A program made the translations under genes and the position numbers. DNA of 31,669 nucleotides from a virus. Its lineage: Duplodnaviria; Caudoviricetes. The stretch spans positions 1-31,669 of the IMG/VR virus record IMGVR_UViG_3300049222_000638. One strand, written 5' to 3'. This document shows positions 26,316 to 31,669 of the stretch, one piece after another. Numbering within the stretch: position 1 is the stretch's first letter; each line of letters begins with the position of its first letter. The notes below the pieces were generated by a model that saw only the letters and a list, made by a program, of their open reading frames with translations, ran no database searches and was not told the origin of the DNA.

Positions 26316-27117
26316 AACGTATCCAATCTTTGGGGAACAAATCTTTAGGTGTGATATTCGACCCTATATTATTAGAATACACTTCAGTAAACCATTTTTT
26401 AGGATAAATTACTATTTTATTTTCGTGGTTATTTAGATAAGCAGACCACCAGCTAAATGTAGAATTTACTATTATGTTATTTTCACATCTAGACATAAGG
26501 CTCAAATCTTGATAGGAATCTTGGTCCTCCACATAAACATAATTAATTATTCCTATTTCTTCGCAAAAATTTGAACTCTTAATGCTATCTATCTCATCAG
26601 AAAATATTAGAAAGGTTTTATCAAGACCAACCCAATTAACAGCTTTCTTAAAATACTCTTTAGATTGTTGGGGGTGTGCATATGAATGTGTTAAATAATC
26701 TCCACGTCTAATATGTATAGAGCATGAATTTTTTAAATACGAATCATATTTAGATTCAGTTTTTAAATGGAATAAGCCCTTAATATCGTTTTCGAAATCA
26801 TCGAAATATCTTAAACTCTGAAAATAACCATCCAGATAAATAGAGCCTTCCACATTAGGTATTTCATTATAACTAAAAGAAGGCTCATTATATTTAACTA
26901 TTTTATCTTCGATGAAAATGTCATTCTCACAGAAATCTAAATCCTGAAAAATAGTATTTAAATAATTGTCTAAAGGTTCATGGGTGGATGGCGAATATAT
27001 TTTTTTACTCAATTGCAAATCTTTGTCAAAGCGTTTGGCGTAAGCAAAAGCTGTTGATATCTGAAATAAAGTATTGCCTAATCCTGAATTTATATGTACG
27101 AATGTTTTATTCTTCAT
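26308..27117 (-). CDS. GT11 alpha-1,2-fucosyltransferase-like
   Basis: GLGNTLFQ, GYFQS, HIRRGDY, FSD, NSTFSWW; start placed at ATG 27117 (ATGA overlap). Confidence 0.88.
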   Translation of the reverse strand: MKNKTFVHINSGLGNTLFQISTAFAYAKRFDKDLQLSKKIYSPSTHEPLDNYLNTIFQDLDFCENDIFIEDKIVKYNEPSFSYNEIPNVEGSIYLDGYFQSLRYFDDFENDIKGLFHLKTESKYDSYLKNSCSIHIRRGDYLTHSYAHPQQSKEYFKKAVNWVGLDKTFLIFSDEIDSIKSSNFCEEIGIINYVYVEDQDSYQDLSLMSRCENNIIVNSTFSWWSAYLNNHENKIVIYPKKWFTEVYSNNIGSNITPKDLFPKDWIRYE

Positions 27118-27842
27118 GAAAGTTGGTGAATTAAGCAAGTGAAATATAAAGATTTATAATCTATGAGATTTTTATCTAAAGTTTTATTACAGAATATGTT
27201 ATTAGAATTGTATGAAAAATCATTATGCCAAACAATATTTTCTTTATCAAAGTAAATATCTATACCTTTATTTTTTAATCTTAAAGAAAAATCAACGTCT
27301 TCGTTATGTCCAAGACCTTTAAACATTGCGTAAAATGGAATAGTGTCATCCCAAGATATCTCTTCCATAAGACTCTTTCTAGAAATACAAAAACAGCCAG
27401 ATTGATAGAACGTGACATCTGTAGAGCGAAAATCATAATTGACCATTTTATGATTAGGTAAATACGTAGCCCGGTCCCAATACCTACTACCATCAGGTAA
27501 TAAAACTTTATTTCCCATAATGCGCCAATTCGGATTGTAATTATTAAATTTTAAGAATTTTTTATACCAATCACTTGGGAATACAACATCATCATCACAA
27601 TGAACTAAAATATCACCTTTGGAGTTCTCAGTGCATATGTTTCTTCTTTTACCTAAAAACTCAACATATTCGTTGTCTTCTATAAATACAGCGTCTAAAT
27701 CTGAGAACTGATCTATGTTGTTGCCGACTACAATAATCTCATATGGGTCTACTGAAGAAAAGTTTCTGTGTATAGACTTGATACACAGGCGTAATTTATC
27801 TGGTCTATTTCCAGTGGTTATAATGCAGAAAGATATAAGCAT
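27114..27842 (-). CDS. GT2 glycosyltransferase
   Basis: ISFCIIT, YEIIVV, HCDDD, EDVDFSLR. Confidence 0.8.
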   Translation of the reverse strand: MLISFCIITTGNRPDKLRLCIKSIHRNFSSVDPYEIIVVGNNIDQFSDLDAVFIEDNEYVEFLGKRRNICTENSKGDILVHCDDDVVFPSDWYKKFLKFNNYNPNWRIMGNKVLLPDGSRYWDRATYLPNHKMVNYDFRSTDVTFYQSGCFCISRKSLMEEISWDDTIPFYAMFKGLGHNEDVDFSLRLKNKGIDIYFDKENIVWHNDFSYNSNNIFCNKTLDKNLIDYKSLYFTCLIHQLS

Positions 27843-27853
27843 GCTAATGCATG

Positions 27854-27881
27854 ATTATAACCTAAACCTCTTCTTCTTCAA
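27854..27881 (-). promoter_or_regulatory. Sigma70-like promoter heading the glycosyltransferase block
   Basis: TTGAAG-16-TATAAT, 11 nt before ATG 27842. Confidence 0.55.
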
Positions 27882-28836
27882 CAATTTCTTGTATGCTCTC
27901 CAAGAAAGGGAAAGCATTTAATAAATCTTGATGATCGGCAAAACCTTCATCATCCCAAGCCCACTCGCTGTAAACTTCTTCTTCGTCCCAAGCTAAGACC
28001 TCATTAGAAACCATTTTACTCACAGGCTTTTTAGACCAAAACTTGCAGCTCCAATAACGAGGAGTAGTCTTATCTTTTGCTGTATCGCATTTATGTCTAG
28101 CTCTAAAGCTACGACGACGAGCTGGATCATCTCGTTTGATCTCCATGTTAGGATCACCAAACTTGACCATGATCACATTACCAGTCTTGGGGTTTTTTAC
28201 ATAAACGCCATACTTCTTTTTGCCACCTTTTAATCGGAAAGGCTTATTTAAAGTCTTTTTTTCTGCTTCTGTATACTCAAGATCTTCTGTTGAATCATCT
28301 TGTTCCCACTCATTAGCTCCAGCTTTAACTAAATCAAGATGAGCAATATCGAACTCAATATTAGCGAAATCAATAAAAGCTTCTCCCTCTTTCTCAAGAT
28401 AATACTCTTCGGACCCTTTTGCTACATCTTGATCAGCAGCGCGATAAGATTTTTTAACTTTCCCTCCCCTGACCATTTTAAGGAATGTATTTACACGCGC
28501 CATTGCCCACTGGCCTCTAGTCTTGCCGGGGCGATGACTAGAAGAAAATGCTCCAGCGCCACGACGATAAATCTTCTTAAGCTGACCTAAAGTAACCTTT
28601 TTAGAATGTTTATCATTATGTTCTTTAACTTTATTCTTTAAAGCCTTGATGACTTTTTCTGAGAAGGTGATAGATCCGCCTTTTCCACCCGCAGAGCCAC
28701 TTTTATTTTTGTCAGAACCTTTTTTTCGTTCAGAAGGTTTCGCTGGTGTTTGCGCTCCACTTTTGGGTCCACCACGTTTCGCGGCTTCACTTAATGCCAA
28801 AAGTTCTTTAATTTTCTTAGAAAAGTCCAACTCCAT
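27862..28836 (-). CDS. Conserved-looking basic multidomain viral protein of unknown function
   Basis: Modules AQTPAKPSERKKGS, YRRGAGAFSSSHRPG...QWAMARVN, and VKFGDP...RRRSFRARHKC...RYWSC; start placed at ATG 28836, behind the AAGTGTAA motif. Confidence 0.75.
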   Translation of the reverse strand: MELDFSKKIKELLALSEAAKRGGPKSGAQTPAKPSERKKGSDKNKSGSAGGKGGSITFSEKVIKALKNKVKEHNDKHSKKVTLGQLKKIYRRGAGAFSSSHRPGKTRGQWAMARVNTFLKMVRGGKVKKSYRAADQDVAKGSEEYYLEKEGEAFIDFANIEFDIAHLDLVKAGANEWEQDDSTEDLEYTEAEKKTLNKPFRLKGGKKKYGVYVKNPKTGNVIMVKFGDPNMEIKRDDPARRRSFRARHKCDTAKDKTTPRYWSCKFWSKKPVSKMVSNEVLAWDEEEVYSEWAWDDEGFADHQDLLNAFPFLESIQEIVEEEEV

Positions 28837-28847
28837 TGTATTTTTCT

Positions 28848-28855
28848 TTACACTT
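28848..28855 (-). promoter_or_regulatory. AAGTGTAA motif
   Basis: 11 nt before ATG 28836. Confidence 0.6.
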
Positions 28856-28874
28856 ATTTTAAATATAAATGAAA

Positions 28875-30518
28875 TTAACCTTCGCAAGATTTACATTCCA
28901 TTAAGGATCTGGAAAGTTCCTGACTAGGGTTAGCGCTCCTTTGATAGTATAAACCTTTCACGCCATTCTCCCAAGCGTAAATCATAAGCTGATTGACCTC
29001 TTTCATGGGGGATTTAGGAGCCACCATAATATTTAAAGATTGACCTTGGTCTAAATACTTCTGTCTTTGAGCGGCTTGGATAACCACCTCTTTCTGAGAT
29101 ATCTCTTCAAAAGTTTTAAAAATATCTTTATCTTTATCAGACATGAAACTCAAATGTTGAACAGACCCTCCCGTCTTCAAGACACTAAGCCAAACATCAT
29201 CGTTATCTTTCCCGTACCCAGCCAAACACTCTTTTAAGTAAGGGTTTTTGTAAGTGAACTTGCCTTTAGCTAAGTTTTTGACAAAATAATTAGAATTCAA
29301 AGGCTCAATAGAAGGGGATACTTGGCCCAAAATAAATGAACTGCTCGTCGTAGGAGCTATAGCCAAAGTTGTTGTATTTCTACGGCCATAGTCTTTAGCG
29401 TATAAAGGACCACCAAGGAGTTTAAATAATTCTTCCGTAGCTTTATCGCTTTTCTTCCTAATTTCTTTAAAGATAGAGCTATTAGCTAGTTTGGCTTCCA
29501 TACTCTCAAACGAGATCTTTTTACTTTGTAGGTAAGAATGCCAACCAAGGACGCCCATCCCCAATGCCCTATGGCGTTTAGCAAAGTTATGAGAAGCCTC
29601 CATAAAAGGAAGGTCTTTAGTCTTTTCAATATATTCTTGCATGACAGCATCCAGAAACATTGTCAAAGTTTCTATCGCATCAGTTTTGATGATCTCATCC
29701 CAACGGACAAGATTCAGAGAAGACAAACAACAAACAAAAGACTCATCTTCTTTAGATGGCAAACTAATCTCATTGCAAAGATTGGAAGCGTATATCTCCA
29801 TACCTTTATCTTTGTAGCAATCGGGAGCCTGATTATTAGCTGTATCTTTGAAGAATAGATATGGGTAGCCTGTCTCAAACCTTTTCTTGATTACAGAAGC
29901 CCAAACCTGACGTTTTTCTGGATCTCCACTAATCATAGATTTCATCCATTCATCTCCGACTGTCACCCCAAAAGACATTTCTTGGATAGGATTACCTTCG
30001 CTCCTGATTCTCAAGAACTCTTTAACATCAGGATGATCAATTGGTAAATAAGCAGCAAAAGAACCTCGACGGACATTTCCTTGAGAAACTACAGCTGCCA
30101 CTTTATCAAAAAGCTCCATAAAATGGACTGCCCCAGAAGACTCTCCACCAGAATTAATCTTTGCCCCCCGCGCCCTTAGATCACCAAAATAAGCAGAAGT
30201 TCCAGAACCATGCTTTGTCTGCATCCCTACTTCACTTTGTTTGGATAAAATCCCATCCATTCTGTCAGGCACATAAACCCCATTACAGGATATAGGCAAT
30301 CCCCTCTTTCTGCCAAAGTTCGACCACACTGGAGAAGCCAGAGAATAAAATCCCTGCTCCATATAAGAAACAAACTTATCAGAGAAGCCTTCAATACCCA
30401 AATAACCTTGAGCTGTATTAGCTATATCCTTTATTCTTTCTTCTGGAGTCTCGCCTTTTAAGTAGCCCCTCTCAAGAAAAATTCTTGAGTCCTCATTTAG
30501 CCAATAATATTCAGTCAT
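28875..30518 (-). CDS. nrdA: Class I ribonucleotide reductase alpha subunit (compact, no ATP cone)
   Basis: PISC, NLCNEI, VCCLSSLN, APTTSSS, GLYY and C-terminal CKSCEG. Confidence 0.95.
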   Translation of the reverse strand: MTEYYWLNEDSRIFLERGYLKGETPEERIKDIANTAQGYLGIEGFSDKFVSYMEQGFYSLASPVWSNFGRKRGLPISCNGVYVPDRMDGILSKQSEVGMQTKHGSGTSAYFGDLRARGAKINSGGESSGAVHFMELFDKVAAVVSQGNVRRGSFAAYLPIDHPDVKEFLRIRSEGNPIQEMSFGVTVGDEWMKSMISGDPEKRQVWASVIKKRFETGYPYLFFKDTANNQAPDCYKDKGMEIYASNLCNEISLPSKEDESFVCCLSSLNLVRWDEIIKTDAIETLTMFLDAVMQEYIEKTKDLPFMEASHNFAKRHRALGMGVLGWHSYLQSKKISFESMEAKLANSSIFKEIRKKSDKATEELFKLLGGPLYAKDYGRRNTTTLAIAPTTSSSFILGQVSPSIEPLNSNYFVKNLAKGKFTYKNPYLKECLAGYGKDNDDVWLSVLKTGGSVQHLSFMSDKDKDIFKTFEEISQKEVVIQAAQRQKYLDQGQSLNIMVAPKSPMKEVNQLMIYAWENGVKGLYYQRSANPSQELSRSLMECKSCEG

Positions 30519-31489
30519 TAAAACAATTCTTCTGCGTTGAATGTCTGTGAATTCTTTGAGTATTCAACAGGTCTAGAGTAAAAGAAATCTGTAGCATTAT
30601 TACCAAGCAGCTCCTCTTCAAACCAGATCGTATCTTTCAGCAGATTTTTGTCAACATCAAAAGCTTGTCTAAAGCCTATTTTATCTAAAGAGTCATTGAT
30701 CCTATTCTTGATAAACTCTTTAAGGACGACAGCATTTAATCCTTTCTGCCGAATACCGTTGATCATCCAATCAACAATCTTACTCTCCGCTTCAAAAGCT
30801 TGACCAGCTTCATGCAGGATTCTTTCCTCTAACTCATCATCAAAAAATTCAGGATGCTCTTCACGGATAGTGTTAATGATTTTCATTCCGACCAGAGCGT
30901 GGACATTCTCTTCATTGCGGGTATATTTCACTTGTTGATCAGTATCTTTCAGAACATTTTTATTGCGAGCGAACCAATTTATGACGTAAAACTGAGAAAA
31001 CAGAGACACATTCTCTACAAAAAGCGTGAACAGTATTAAAGCATAAACATATTGCTTCTTGTTGTTCTTGTAAAACTTGTGAGTGTATTTACGGAGGTAA
31101 TCAACCCGACCTTGGATAAAGTCTAATTTCAAGTTCTGTTCAAAAACCTCTTCTAGACCTAGAACCTCAAGAAGCCTCTCGTAAGCGTTATTGTGAATAA
31201 CTTCTACATTAGCCATTACGAATCCAAGATCACTCAAAGATGGGTGGGGCAAGTTATCTCCCAACTTGCTCCAGAACTTCTTAACAGCCACTTCGATTTG
31301 CCCAATAGCTGAAAGAGTGCGAACAATAATCTCACGTTCTTGATCATCGAGGTTAACATTAAAGTCTTGTATATCCGAAGAAAAACTGAATTCCTTATCG
31401 GTCCAAAAGCCATTGTGCATTGCTTCGATGAAATCTCCTGCCCAAGAATAATGGTCAGGCTTACGTGATACTTGTTCTTCAAAAATCAT
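30518..31489 (-). CDS. nrdB: Class I ribonucleotide reductase beta subunit, class Id-like
   Basis: FWT, QIEVAVK, EVIHNNAY, ENVSLFSQF, EENVH, DFFYSRPVEY; start placed at ATG 31489 (MIFEEQ). Confidence 0.93.
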   Translation of the reverse strand: MIFEEQVSRKPDHYSWAGDFIEAMHNGFWTDKEFSFSSDIQDFNVNLDDQEREIIVRTLSAIGQIEVAVKKFWSKLGDNLPHPSLSDLGFVMANVEVIHNNAYERLLEVLGLEEVFEQNLKLDFIQGRVDYLRKYTHKFYKNNKKQYVYALILFTLFVENVSLFSQFYVINWFARNKNVLKDTDQQVKYTRNEENVHALVGMKIINTIREEHPEFFDDELEERILHEAGQAFEAESKIVDWMINGIRQKGLNAVVLKEFIKNRINDSLDKIGFRQAFDVDKNLLKDTIWFEEELLGNNATDFFYSRPVEYSKNSQTFNAEELF

Positions 31490-31500
31490 AACAGAGAGAG

Positions 31501-31508
31501 TTACACTT
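31501..31508 (-). promoter_or_regulatory. AAGTGTAA motif
   Basis: 11 nt before ATG 31489. Confidence 0.6.
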
Positions 31509-31558
31509 ATACTCATAATTCCTCCAACCTCAAGCGGAAATTTATTAAATTTTTTTTC

Positions 31559-31586
31559 TTGACACAACTGTAATTTCCCATATAAT
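31559..31586 (+). promoter_or_regulatory. Consensus sigma70 promoter pointing out of the window
   Basis: TTGACA-16-TATAAT with an upstream T-tract. Confidence 0.75.
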
Positions 31587-31669
31587 ACCGTTAGACGAGA
31601 GAGAAGCCTGAGGTTTCGTTCCCTTTATAGAAAAGCCTCTGAAAGAGAAATCGAAATCATGTTTGGTTA

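Noticed and set aside
3418-31482. Remaining short ORFs nested in or antisense to long genes (e.g. 9436..9666, 13535..13717, 18134..18556, 28339..28590, 29538..29858, 31234..31482)
   Set aside because: They lie within well-supported genes and show no motifs or start signals.
11745-31489. Inteins or introns in dnaE, dnaB, recA, nrdA and nrdB
   Set aside because: The ORFs are compact and continuous, with no intein splice motifs or homing-endonuclease inserts seen.
31490-31567. ORF-track N-terminal extension of nrdB (and likewise 28837-28887, 27118-27138, 9011-9034)
   Set aside because: The extensions cover regulatory motifs or upstream genes; downstream ATGs fit family N-termini or coupling better.
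1-31669. Stop-codon reassignment
   Set aside because: Recognisable proteins are full length under code 11, and TAA, TAG and TGA all end genes at sensible positions.
1-31669. Bacterial chromosome origin for the window
   Set aside because: Divergent recA, dnaB, dnaG, split dnaE, nrdAB and clp are packed together with viral-type hypothetical genes, which is not cellular gene order. No virion genes are in view, so the phage call remains an inference.

Overview
A gene-dense segment, almost entirely minus-strand, that reads as the DNA replication/recombination arm of a large dsDNA phage using standard genetic code 11. Reading right to left it carries: a class I ribonucleotide reductase pair (nrdB, nrdA) with class Id-type signatures; a basic conserved viral protein; an AT-rich block of glycosyltransferases (GT2 x2, GT11, GT7-like, GT-A-like, GT15) plus a methyltransferase ending at gmd; a Zn-ribbon protein, RecA-like recombinase, endonuclease, DnaB, DnaG-like primase and PD-(D/E)XK nuclease; a DNA polymerase III alpha split into PHP, DEDD exonuclease and catalytic-core genes; a ClpA/C-like ATPase; a degenerate kinase; a Whirly-like protein; a GT4/GT9 pair with GT9 split across two genes; a Rad52-like annealing protein; a GNAT; and small ORFs. 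At the left edge an operon (Glu-rich protein, small membrane protein, secreted protein) ends in a PEP-CTERM-like sorting signal on an ORF the track missed. Two upstream signal classes sit only 5-11 nt before start codons: sigma70-like promoters and a recurrent AAGTGTAA motif. All family calls come from reading motifs by eye; no database searches were run.
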